Assembly (NCBI GenBank): GCA_973895155.1
Contig: OZ316893.1
Span: forward strand, 17,773,481 to 17,825,735
Origin: Marsupella aquatica
Lineage: Eukaryota > Plantae > Marchantiophyta
DNA length: 52,255 nt
Reading direction: 5' to 3'
Both the position numbers and the translations under genes were made by a program. The notes below the pieces were generated by a model. It saw only the letters and a program-made list of their open reading frames with translations, ran no database searches and was not told the DNA's origin. Positions 1 to 10,908 of this stretch are shown here, one piece after another. How positions within the stretch are numbered: the first letter of the stretch is position 1; the number at the start of each line of letters is the position of its first letter.

Positions 1-2744
1 GGCTTATGCCAAGGCCTTTTCGCTTTGGGTGGCCTGCTCCTTAGCCGTCTTTCTGAGCCTCTCAACTTGGCGATTTAAACCCTCTACTTTTGCTTTTGAA
101 TTGGCTAACTCCAGCTCTATCTTTGTCAACTTTTCCTTGATCTGCTGGTTATCCAATTGGTTGTTTGCCATTTCCAATTCCTGCTGCTTAGCCAAGAGAT
201 CCTGCTAAGTTGGTTGACCAGACTTTGTCTTAGCAACTTCGGCCTCCATGGAGCGAAGCCGAGCGATCACTTCCTCCTTCTTCAGTCGCTCCAATGTCAT
301 TGCCTCCTCCAGTCTCGTCTGATCAGCCATTTTCTTTCTAAGAAATGGCCCGGATTCCAACTCGTTGCCAAAGATTTCTAAGGCTAAGAGTCCACACATG
401 TCTCCATACTCCTTAGCCCGATTTCTTGCATAGTTTGACCTCCCAGGTGATACTGGCATCTACCATCGAGGTCGTCTCTCCCAAGCTTCTGCCCGTAATT
501 GATCAAAGTCAGTGAGAGGTTCGGCTTGCCTCTCACTAAGCCGTCTTATTCCTTCCGGCCACTCTCCTCCTGGTAGCTGGCATTTGTGTTATGCATTTCG
601 GGCCCCCCACTCCTTAATCTTCTCATGTAGCCCGACTTCAGCTTCCTTCATCTTGTCGAATTCCAATGGCGTCACATCTGGTGGAGGAGATTCTGGCATT
701 TTCTGGTCGTCCGGTTTGCCATAGAAGACCGCGAGAAGTCTTCTACAAAACCTTCCCATCGTTCTAACTCCTGGGACCGGCCTCTCCCCATGATCGACAT
801 AGTCGTTGTCGTAATCATCCACATTGACCTGACTACCTAACATGTCGGACTCTCCTCCAAAGCCCCCGATCTCCTCCTTTGAATATTGTTGGGCTGCTGC
901 TGGTTGTCCTTCCTCCACGGGTCCGTTCACTTGGGCTCTGTTAGAAGCTCTTACTACCGGCCTCTCTTGGCCTCGGCTTACCTCCTCATCTGTCTCCGAA
1001 TCCATTCGCTCGTCATATTTCTTTCTCTCTTCGGTAGTCATCTTCCTCTCGATCAACTGGATGCCTGCATATGGATTATTGCGAGTAGGCCGGCGTAACG
1101 GATTTCTCACTACATCATATGTTACTACCTCTGGCTCCTTGATAGGGGAATGCTCCCGTTCTCGTGTTGCCTATGTTGCCGACCTCCTCCCCTGGCGTCG
1201 TATGTTTAGAGGCTCCTCGTCCTCCTCCACCTCCTCAAGTGGTGCAGTGATCTGCATTCGCTCCTGTATAGGCAACACTGGTGCAAAAGACTGGCTTCTT
1301 GCATATCGGCAAAGTAATTGCAGATGGTACCCTAGTCTGGATACCGCTCCCTCCCCAATGCTCTGCTTTTCTTCGTTTAATGCCTTCTTCAACTGCATTA
1401 AGAGATAGCCGTTGTAGTCTCGGCTTGCTTCGATATTCTCTACCAAAAATACCTGGGCTTTGCCGATTTCTGCTCTCAGCAAGGTACAATGCAATGTGAC
1501 TCTCAGGAAATCAATCAGCTGCCCTATATGTGGGTTGGTACATTGATTCCTGAAAAACCCATTCTTAGTGGAAGGCCCTGAAAATGACCTGAACTGGTTA
1601 TCCGGCAACGTCTTCCTCTGTTCCACCTTTGTCTTCCTTCCTGTTGGTAAAGCGAACACGGCTTCGATAAGCGCAGGTGTTAATTCGAACACCTTTCCAT
1701 ACAGCAGCGTTGTGTTGGAAGAAGCCTCCCAACATCCCACGAAGTCCAACAGATCCTCATCTGGTATGTCTACCATTGTCCAGGACAACCTGACAAAGCC
1801 CTCCAACCCAGTGTCATTCATATGTCCTGCATATTTATTATCTTGAACGGCACTGAAGACCTCATCCTCATCTCTTGCAAACTATAATTGTAAATCGGCA
1901 GGTAAAGTGTTCGCCCACCCTGTCATGTTTTTATCTTCTACAACTCGATCTCTAATTGGCCCGGATTCCATCTTGATTGGTCTCTCCGACCTAGTTCGCT
2001 TTGCTGGAGTTGCAGATGCCAAAACTCCCTTGCGCTTCATCTCTTCAGCGCCTGAATACTCCCCAAGAATAGCTGCCTTCATCCACTTCGCAGTGTGACC
2101 CTTCAATTCCCAAAGTGGTTGCCCGGCGTTCTTGATTGCCTCCCTGATCCCCATGACCTTATTCTCCCGAATTAGCAATTCGTCAAGCTCCGCACTAGTG
2201 GGTGTCCATGAGAACTTTTCCAACACCTCCTCCGTATCTACGAATGCCAATTTATGAATTCCCCACAATCGCGCAAGCTTTGCTCGTTCTCTAGCTGCGC
2301 GCTCCGGCTCAACGTCTTCATATGTAGGTATCAGCTGCCTTGCTTCTTCAAGAAAATAGCCCCAAAACTTCCCTACCTGATTCACCGTGTTCATTCCACC
2401 GAATGCCAAGAACTTGCGCAATTTCCCAAACCACCTCCCCCGATCGATCGGCAGCTGATTCCACCTCCCTAGGTTGATCGAACAAGCAATTGCACTAGTG
2501 TATAGAGTGTCGGTCCCCTCCCTACGAAGCCGCCTCCTGATGGCTTACCTGATCAAGCCCTGATTAGGTCATAACCCTAATCCCACTTAATTGCAACCTT
2601 TGGATCAGATCCCATCACAATTTCCCCCTAACATATTGCAATCGGCTTCGATCCTTATACCTCCCTAATTATATCTACCTAATCTTTATTTAGCCATTAT
2701 TTTAGGCTTAACTAAGTACTTCGTGATCCTGGCACGGCATCACA
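1..2744 (-). mobile_element. Partial ORF-bearing LTR-like unit (relative of 23947-28606), other end off-window
   Basis: Minus-strand 5' terminus TGTGATGCC at 2744 is identical to the terminus at 28606. It contains a decayed homolog of the 1220-aa ORF and interrupts a CACTA ORF (flank ATAGT at 2745-2749 is the candidate TSD). Confidence 0.75.
4..2421 (-). pseudogene. Stop-interrupted homolog of the 1220-aa LTR-borne protein
   Basis: ORF pieces 1882-2421, 1171-1821, 589-1110, 205-459 and 4-195 are all in one frame. They align by eye to 24868-28530 (e.g. GPSTKNGFFRN, SRLGYH..LLCRYARSQ.FAPVLP, VPGVRT.GRF, PESPPPDV, EYG.MCG.LAL.IFG). Confidence 0.85.
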
Positions 2745-2954
2745 ATAGTGGCAGAAGGGGAGGTGACAAGGCTGCCAGGAGAAGATAAGTTTCATTGTGC
2801 AGATTTTGAAAGCCCTTTCTTGCGAGTGCGTGTGATTGAAGTGTTTGTAGATGTGGCATTGCCATTTGCCAATGCAGGGGAGAAACAGTCTAAATTATCT
2901 GATGTGAAAGGGATGAATGCCCTATGGAACTCAAGATTGCTTAAGAAGCAATAG
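2745..2954 (+). pseudogene. C-terminal fragment of CACTA ORF2/TnpA-like protein
   Basis: IVAEGEV...HCADFESPFLRVRVIEVFVDVALPF...LSDVKGMNALWNSRLL fits the VAxG...H...V.V...LP...L.D..G...W pattern of CACTA TnpA-like C-termini. Truncated upstream by the LTR-like insertion. Confidence 0.6.
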
Positions 2955-4015
2955 AAATAGCACTCTGTCAAGAAACATTAGACATGATAGAATCAACTCT
3001 GTTTTTCTATAAACATGCAGAGTGATTGGTATGTCAGGTTGTAACAATTGACAATCTAATATTATTGATGTCAATGTAATTTTGTTTCATAAATTTGCAT
3101 TGAGTTCAATAGTTACTGTGAGACTTATGAAGGTATCTTGTATGAATGTCAATTGGATTTGTGATATATATGGAATGTTTCTTTAAGTTTTCATTCAGCA
3201 AATCTATTGAATGGCTTTGTAATGTATGATTTTTGAATGACATGAAGTTTTATCTATCATGATCACTTAAATTTGAATTTCTCCAAATCATTGAATACTT
3301 CACCTAAATGACTGGCTAGAATGACTGATGTAATGGTCATTATCCACAACTATCTTTGTGACCAATATGACTCAACTCTGGTCATTAAAGACATAGACTA
3401 AATGATTCAAAGAATGACATATATAATGACCGCTCTCATGGTCATTATAAACAAGTCCACTATGACTCACTTTATGTCATTCAAGACATGTCATTAATGA
3501 CTAATGTGTATCTTTATGTGTCTCCTCCTAATTGAACCACATGTCTTAATATGACTTGTTTATATCGTAGTCATTTTGGACACGTCCAAAATGACCCAAA
3601 TATATTGCCAAATGGTGAATCCTCTTTGAACCATGTGTCACTATTTGATTTGTTATATAATGTACGTCATTTTGGACAAGTCCAAAATGACCAATGCTAT
3701 TTGTTTTTTGATTGCCATGTGTCGTTGTGTGATTGGGTATGGGGACCGTCGACGGTCAACGGCAATTGATCGTCGATGGTGATTTGTGTCGTCATTTTGG
3801 ACCGTTCAGCATTTATGACCATATCATAAAAACCATCATTTAGGATAGTATGAAATGACCACATGTTGTTAGCGTCATTTGTCCAAAAGGATCGTGACCA
3901 AAATGTTCGTTGTGACGCGTCTGGAAAGACAAGAACGATTGCGTCATTGTTTTGTTAAAAAGACCTGATTAATAGTCATTGTTTTTGTCATAAAATACAT
4001 TGTTTTCTACTAGTG
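2745..4015 (+). mobile_element. 3' end of a CACTA (En/Spm) DNA transposon
   Basis: Ends TTTTCTACTAGTG at 4015 (reverse complement CACTAGTAGAAAA, a canonical CACTA TIR). Dense AATGAC/GTCATT subterminal repeats at ~3240-4000, preceded by a TnpA-like ORF tail. Confidence 0.8.
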
Positions 4016-4339
4016 ATGCTTAATCTGAGAGCGGGTTGATGCTCTACCCTCCTAATGTGACCTTGTCCAGCCTAAACCCTAAACACTAAACCAACCAGGA
4101 CAATTGATACATAATACCAGTCACATTAAACGATCATTTTCCTAAACCCTAAACCCTAGGCCCAAAAAGGTGACCCTATTTGGCTGTTTAGTAATGTAAA
4201 TATTGGCGAGGGTCTCCAACATACAATGTCGGTGAGGGTCTCTGAGATATAATGACGACGGAGTCCATGTCACTGACCACTTTCAGAACCTATTCATGTC
4301 GGTGGTGGTCGTCAAGATCAGAGAATACCAGCATTTGAT

Positions 4340-7300
4340 ACAAGGTTGTCAACCTCGGTTAGAGTCAAGATTGGTTGGTTAATACATTGATCCATGTTGA
4401 CATTCCTTTTGAAGATGTTTGCAAAGCACCAGTACAAGTGCTTGCACGGGAAGTAGACTCTTCCCATAGACTCCCTATACATGAAATCCTTGCAGGAGCA
4501 ACTTGGGAAGACACAAATTTGTACGCAATGTATTGAAGTTTGCCCCCTGCAATTGTTGTTGACAATCTGTCAGATGCCTAAAAAACATAATTACATGAGA
4601 ATTATGTAAATATGAGTAAATTTTTTTGTTGTGTGTACAATTTGTATCAACTAGTTATTTAGTGTAAAAAGCTAATATCAATAAATGTATTGATTCTAGA
4701 AAAGATTGACTAGGGAAGATAAATTATAGTTGAAGGTCAATAGAAAAAAAACAAGTATCATCTAAGTAGTGGTGGTAACTGTCAACTAATGAGTGATCAA
4801 ATAAAGCAATAGAGAATGCCCAAAATTGCTACATGATCACAACAAAAAGAATATCTTTGAGAAAAAATCTCAATATAAGTCAAAAATAAAATGAAAATGC
4901 AAGATTCTACAACTTGCAAGAAAAGTTAGGAAAAAGCAATATAGAATGCCCAAAATTGCTACATGGTCACAACGAAAAAAATGAGAAAAAAATATCAATA
5001 TAAGTCAAAATAAAAATAAAATAGAAGATTCTACAAGTTGCAAGAAAAATTATAAAAGCAATAGGGAATGCCCAAAATTGCTACATGATTACAACAAAAA
5101 TAGTGGAGAAAGAATCTCAACAAAGATGACACTTCTAATTCAAGTAGTATTAAGCCAAAGAAAAAGATGATAAAATATTTCAATGGACGGATTAGAAGTC
5201 AATTAACTAGTGTGAAAATGATTCTTAGCCTAACTAGATCTTTTTAAGGTTGCACCATCATTGAAAGAAATAGACAAATTAGAGGTCAACTAGCTAACTC
5301 AAGAATTACTCTTAGTCCAAATTGTCTTGCTAAGAATAATTCTTGACCTTAGCTGTACTATGGCAATTGAGTGGTTTGATTGGATTTGAGTGGAGGCCAT
5401 AGGGCATGAACCATATAAATAAGAGGGAGTGAAGACTCACTTCTTCACTTGCTCATTAGTTGCTCACTTGCTTGCTTTCTTGGAGGGGCGCTACTGGTTG
5501 GGACTCAAGGAAGGAGGAGTGGGGATTAGTGAGGAGTCAGAGTGTGTGGCACTTTGGGAGTTAGGAGTTAGTGTTCATAAAAGATTCTAGTATTGAAGAC
5601 TTTGGGTGGAGCCCAAGCTTATACTAAGTTTACTTGATATAAACCTATGTGTCTTCTTTCATTGGACTCTCTTATTCTAACTTATGAAGAGAGTGTGATA
5701 CTTTCTTTTGACGGTTTTATGACATGTTTTTCACGGTTTTCTTTTAACATTTTTGTGACATCTTTTATAAGGAGTACTTTGGTGATAGAGTTTTGTTTAC
5801 CAAACAGCATTTGAGTACATCACCAAGATTTCTTGGACAAGAAATGATGTGATTGTATGCTCGGTGGTTGTTTGGCCAAGCACTAGCATACCAAGTGAAA
5901 ACTTTATCTTTGTTTTGAGGTTTTGAAGCCAAACTTTGGTGATCAAGTTTTGGTTGATCAAGAAGGCACTAGGGTGTAGTATGGGCAAGGATTCCTATGG
6001 TGAGTCTTGACATGACTATATTGGCAAGAGACAATTGATCGATCACTAGCGAATCAAAGCGACGCTTCTATTTTTTTATGGTTAGACAATTAGAAGTTGT
6101 GTAGGTTGAATTTTTGGATGGTAGCCTGACATAACAATCCACTGTGGTGACAGCCCGTGGTGGTTCTGACACTGGTTGGTGCAGGGTGACTAGTTATAGA
6201 GGTTAGAAGTCCCATTGATGGATTTCTCTTATGGCGACGAAAGTAAAATCATCTAGTGCAAGTTTGGATTTGATACAAGATTACTAATATGATGGCAGCC
6301 AATAATAGTCTTGTAATTGTTTAGAATACTAAAATTTGCGGTATGTGTGTGAGGATTTAGTTTTCTTAAAGATAGATGTATTGTGAGTACTAATTTCCAA
6401 GATTACATTCCTTTTGAGAACCCAAAATGATAAGGGATAGTGTATTGAGAGTGAAATTAATTAAGTATGTGTTAAGTCCCAAAGTAGAGGTATGACAACC
6501 TCAATCTTAGCATTACGGATACGTGTGGCAACGTACTTGGAGGTGTCTGACCTCCTTCGCCTTGCCTGGCCATTGCGTCGAGTACCATGCTCATCAGGCA
6601 TTGTAGGATTTATACGCTCTGGGTATGTGTTCAAATCCATTATGATATCGCTAGCACTCACCAATTTATTCATAATATCATCACCAAAAATGAAATCCAC
6701 TCCATTGTTGTGTAGGAAGAGGACCTCTTCTTTTGAAAGATTAGTTCCACGAGAGACATGAAACTTTGAAGGTAGTGGTGGGAAAACATTGGTAATAAAT
6801 GGCAAAGAGGATTTTGTGCAAAACTAGTTGTTTGGGCAAAACCAATACGGATATGGAACACCTGGTTTGTTAAATTTACTCCCAACCAGCCAACAGATAC
6901 CGATAATGCCTAATCCGCTTACTTTTAGTCCTGCCTCTCTAATAAATTGAGCTCATACTCCCCGTTCCTTGCCTTTGAATGCATCTTGACAACCCAAACT
7001 CTTACCAATTGTTGAGATGCAAGCCAGATGTACTCATCCAAGAAGGTTCACCATCTCGAAGACCCCCTCTGAGATTGAATGCACTTGATCAAGGTTTCTC
7101 CTTCACTGGTGTATCCACATCTCCAACATCTTCCCATATTTGGAATGAATTTGACCAAGGTGTACTCGATCAAGAAGGTTCACCATCTCAAAGACCCCCT
7201 CTAAGATTGATTGTGTTGGGTCGAGGTGTCTCCTTCACTGGCTCATCTGCCTCTCCAAGATCTTGCCACACTGGCGACAAATTTGAGCGGGGTGTACCAA

Positions 7301-7620
7301 CTCGGGGAATGTCCTCCCAAAATTGGGACAATTTTTTACGCGGTGTATTGTTCCATAATTCACCCAGTTCATCAATATGTGGGGAGTGCGCAAAATCTCC
7401 AAGACCTCACTAACATTGCATAAACTTGCTTTCTTTCTGTAGAGAGTATAGGACATGCCACATTTCAGATACCACTCTCGCTCATCTCCATCGCCTTTGG
7501 ATTCAGCAGAAGTGGACAGCCCTTTTTCTCTCTCCTTGTAAATCATGAAATCCCCTACCTTCAAACCAAATCGGCTTACTACTTCATGCTCCTTAGTCAC
7601 TCAAACATTGTCTTCCTCAA
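4340..7620 (-). pseudogene. C-terminal part of MULE transposase with SWIM zinc finger (family A)
   Basis: Minus strand ~4530-4340 reads VQICVFPSCSCKDFMYRESMGRVYFPCKHLYWCF...NQPILTLTEV (SWIM CxC..CxH), homologous to 19910-20164. ~6850-6461 reads YWFCPNN...LSKEEVLFLHNNGVDF...RRNGQ...RIRNAK, homologous to ~20580-20240. Intron acceptor TTTTTTAG at ~4578. Confidence 0.75.
4803..5120 (+). repeat. Degenerate tandem repeat, ~125-bp unit, ~2.5 copies
   Basis: AAAGCAATA.AGAATGCCCAAAATTGCTACATG recurs at 4803, 4933 and 5055. Confidence 0.8.
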
Positions 7621-7724
7621 TCTGACAAAAAACAATATCCCCGGTTACTGATCGGATTATCACAAGAGAAGCCATGTGTCCCAAATCCACACTAGGAATG
7701 TTAGTCCCCAGGCCTTTGGCTTTA

Positions 7725-7915
7725 TACATCAGACGTTAAAGTCTGAGTACCACTTTATGCCAATAATATCGCACTTCCAGGCTTAGAACTTGGGCGGTAC
7801 ATCAAACATTAAAGTCTTTGTACCACTTTATGTCAATAATACCGCACTTTCAGGCTTAGAACTTGGGTGGTACATCAGACGTTAAAGTACCTGTACTTTA
7901 CGCCAAGAATACCAT
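7725..7915 (+). repeat. 73-bp tandem repeat, ~2.6 copies
   Basis: TACATCAGACGTTAAAGT... starts at 7725, 7798 and 7871. Confidence 0.8.
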
Positions 7916-8307
7916 TCCAGACAACGTGCATACCATATAACGATCTGTGACGGGTACCCCGTCACGGGAAGTCACACATAACTGGTTGCAAAGGCCGATA
8001 CCTTGTTAATAGTCAATGTAAATAAGCCATTTTTTAATTTTTAGTTAATTCCGTCATTATAGGTTGATGATGCCCCAGGTGACTTTATATTCTTTCTCTC
8101 ATAATAGTTCTAAGATTTGCGGCGACCTAAGTGGGCAAATATTTTGGGACCTTGAAACTAGCCAGGACCAGCCCCATAGGACTTACCGTTTTGCTTCAAG
8201 AGCTATTGTTGAGACCCCCATTGCAAAGTCAGGAGAGGGGGGGGTTTTTTTTTAAATAAATCCCTCCTCAGGAGGGCGAGTCCCATTAGTGGCCGTCCGA
8301 GAGAAAG

Positions 8308-8630
8308 AGGGGCTGCCTCGCGAGCCCATAGGGCTGCGTGCCCGGGCGATTAATGGGGCTCCGCGAGCTGAAGGGGCTGCCTCGCGAGCCCATAGGGCTG
8401 CGTGCCCGGGCAATTAATGAGGTCCCGCGAGCTGGGAGGATCACGCGAGCGGGGGGGAGTTAAAGGGCCTCCCGCGAGCTGGGAGGATCACGCGAGCGGG
8501 GGGGAGTTAAAGGGCCTCCCGCGAGCTGGGAGGATCACGCGAGCGGGGGGGAGTTAAAGGGCCTCCCGCGAGCTGGGAGGATCACGCGAGCGGGGGGGAG
8601 TTGAAGGGCCTCCCGCGAGCCGGGAGGAAT
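8308..8630 (+). repeat. GC-rich tandem arrays inside the LTR (2 x 64 bp, then 4+ x 47 bp)
   Basis: 64-bp units at 8308 and 8372. 47-bp unit CCCGCGAGCTGGGAGGATCACGCGAGCGGGGGGGAGTTAAAGGGCCT at 8424, 8471, 8518, 8565, partial at 8612. Same array at ~43224-43546. Confidence 0.9.
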
Positions 8631-9051
8631 GGCCGCGCGCCCTGCATAGGGCCGCGCGCAGGAGGACGCAAGGGTAAGGCCCGAGAAATGGGCCGGGGCG
8701 CATGGCGAAGGCGCCAGGAGTTTTTTCGGTTCTATTTTTTTTTCCTTCCTTTTTCTTTCCCTCTTCCTTTTGCACGACCCTCTCATTGCCGAAAGCAAAA
8801 ACGGGGTTCTTCTCTCTCTTGCCGGAAGCTCTCTCCAGATTCTAATTATTTTTGAAGCTCTCTCTTTCATGGTGGATTAGTGGGGCTTGCTGGCGTCATT
8901 CTTCCAGGCATTAGTGGCGGCCGCACGGAGTAGTGACGGGAAATTGAGAGAATTTAAGTGATCGGGCTACGGGGGCTGTTTCGGGCCAGGGAATTGACAT
9001 TGCCACGGGTGACGGGATTGGTGATTGAGAAATTGATTTCGGGATGCATGG

Positions 9052-10908
9052 ATGCTAGATCAACCAGAGTTTAGTGCGTCACGCATTCGGAGATACAAGG
9101 CTGCTTACCGTGACTACGTGGAGACTCGGATTACACGGGAAAGGGAAGAGAGAGAAGTTATGATGAGCACGGGATTGGCAGCGGGTTCCTCACCGGTGGG
9201 TAGGAAGATTTTTCGTCGAATTTATCCCAAGACCTCCACCAAGGTGATGGAGGATTGTCGGAACATTTTCCAAGCCACCGGGCTTACAGAATTCATGAAG
9301 GTGGAGATTACCATCCCTTCAGGGAAGAGCTGGGACATTGAGGCCGGGATGGAGTTCCGAACGGAGGGAATCTACTTTGAATGTCTCAAACGTGTAGTGC
9401 CCCATGTGGAGTTGGCTAAGCTATTGTTTCTTGAGAATCAGAAATTCTCATTCACACCTCGGAATATCAGGGGAGAACTCACGTTGAAAATGGTGGCCAC
9501 TTGGGTGACCAATCCTACCTCCACCACCGCCATCCCTCTTTCTGCTGTCAAGGATGTTGAGTATAAGGGCTTCCTGGCCAAGGTGCATCAACGGGTTCTT
9601 GGCAACGTGCAATCCGGAGTGCTGAATGAGGAGCATTTCGTGGTAGCTATGGACATCAAGAACTACCCAGCCCATGTGTACGGATGGTGGTGCTACGGAT
9701 TGAAGAAGCTATTGGCCGCTGAGCCCGGGAGTGTGAAACCAGGTGGGGCTGTACATTTGATGGGGTCATTTGTATTGGCCAGGGCAGAAGGGTTGATTGG
9801 TTCTCCGGGGCATGAAGACACGGGATCATCTCTCACCACGGAGATCCGGAGTATTGCCACTACCGTTTTAGGGAAGCTCACGGAGGAATCATTGTCTGCT
9901 GGTGGGGAGGATAATAGAGAAGAAGAGAACCAGGAGGATGATTGCACATTGGAGTGGCTTGAATCACTCGTGGGAGATCCGAAACAGCCTCTGGAATACA
10001 ACATTCCGGATGTTTACTTGGCAGAGCTACGGGATTTCAGAGAGGGAGTCCACGAGGGACTCAAGCTAGTCCACGCATTGAGGGAGTCTCTCAAGCACGC
10101 CACAGTCAAAGTAGAGACGTTAGAGCAGAGCATCCTGTCACTGAAGGAGGTGATCAAGACCAAGGAGCAGACCATTCATGAGAAGGTCAGGCACATCAAT
10201 GCAGCTCACGTAGAGATCACCAACTTGAAGGGAGCTTTGTCCACCAAGGCCAAGGAAGCAGAAGAAGTAGGAGCGTTGAGGCAAGCATTGGCCAAAGAGA
10301 AGCAAAATTCTGGAGAAGTGATGGAGTGGAGGAACCAGGTGGGAGCACTACGGAGTCAGGTGGCAGCCTTTGAGACACGAGCGAAGAGAAGTGAGGCCCT
10401 GAGTCTAGGGAAACGGAAGAGTCCCGGCACACCTGGCTCCACACTTTCCCCGGATGTGATCTCCCAAGCTATCGAGATGGTGGTGAAGGAGGTTAGTGGG
10501 AAGTATGGACCCTTGTTGGATGGAGCCAAGAAGAGTCAGGAGAAGAGTAAGAGCTTGGAGAAGAAGCTCCGGGAGGTACGGAAATCGTTACGGGAGGCTC
10601 AGGTCAGTACGGGGATGCCACCCAGGTCTGTCACCCCCGGGACTCCCATGGCCACGGGGCAAGTTCTACCGTTGGAGTTGCGGTCCGGAGAAGAGGCTAC
10701 CCTCTGGAAGGACACAATTGGTGAGGGGTACATCAAGGCGTGGCAGGCCTTGGCTGCTTTGAGGAAGCGCGGGAGCAGCAACACTAAGAGTACTCCGTCG
10801 AAGAAGAAGAAAAGTACGGTGGCACTCACTCCCGTGAGTGATGAGGAGGAGGACCACTCACGGGGCACAAGTCCGGGCACCGAGAGCGAAGAAGAAGAGG
10901 AGGATTAG
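9052..10908 (+). CDS. Intact 618-aa LTR-encoded protein: globular N-terminal domain, coiled coil, basic/acidic tail
   Basis: Uninterrupted ATG-initiated ORF wholly inside the solo LTR, with a heptad-rich segment (~aa 325-520), a KKKK NLS-like motif and an acidic end. Possible remote similarity to Athila-ORF1/'plant transposon protein' accessory ORFs (inference). Confidence 0.8.
   Translation: MLDQPEFSASRIRRYKAAYRDYVETRITREREEREVMMSTGLAAGSSPVGRKIFRRIYPKTSTKVMEDCRNIFQATGLTEFMKVEITIPSGKSWDIEAGMEFRTEGIYFECLKRVVPHVELAKLLFLENQKFSFTPRNIRGELTLKMVATWVTNPTSTTAIPLSAVKDVEYKGFLAKVHQRVLGNVQSGVLNEEHFVVAMDIKNYPAHVYGWWCYGLKKLLAAEPGSVKPGGAVHLMGSFVLARAEGLIGSPGHEDTGSSLTTEIRSIATTVLGKLTEESLSAGGEDNREEENQEDDCTLEWLESLVGDPKQPLEYNIPDVYLAELRDFREGVHEGLKLVHALRESLKHATVKVETLEQSILSLKEVIKTKEQTIHEKVRHINAAHVEITNLKGALSTKAKEAEEVGALRQALAKEKQNSGEVMEWRNQVGALRSQVAAFETRAKRSEALSLGKRKSPGTPGSTLSPDVISQAIEMVVKEVSGKYGPLLDGAKKSQEKSKSLEKKLREVRKSLREAQVSTGMPPRSVTPGTPMATGQVLPLELRSGEEATLWKDTIGEGYIKAWQALAALRKRGSSNTKSTPSKKKKSTVALTPVSDEEEDHSRGTSPGTESEEEEED

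Noticed and set aside
4070-4160. Telomeric repeat (TAAACCC-like; also ~11283 and ~13755)
   Set aside because: Only one or two units per site; telo-box-like or chance, not an array.
4600-6450. Old LTR remnant inside the transposase intron (TATAAATA at ~5415)
   Set aside because: Composition is suggestive, but no TG...CA termini, TSD or PBS could be fixed.
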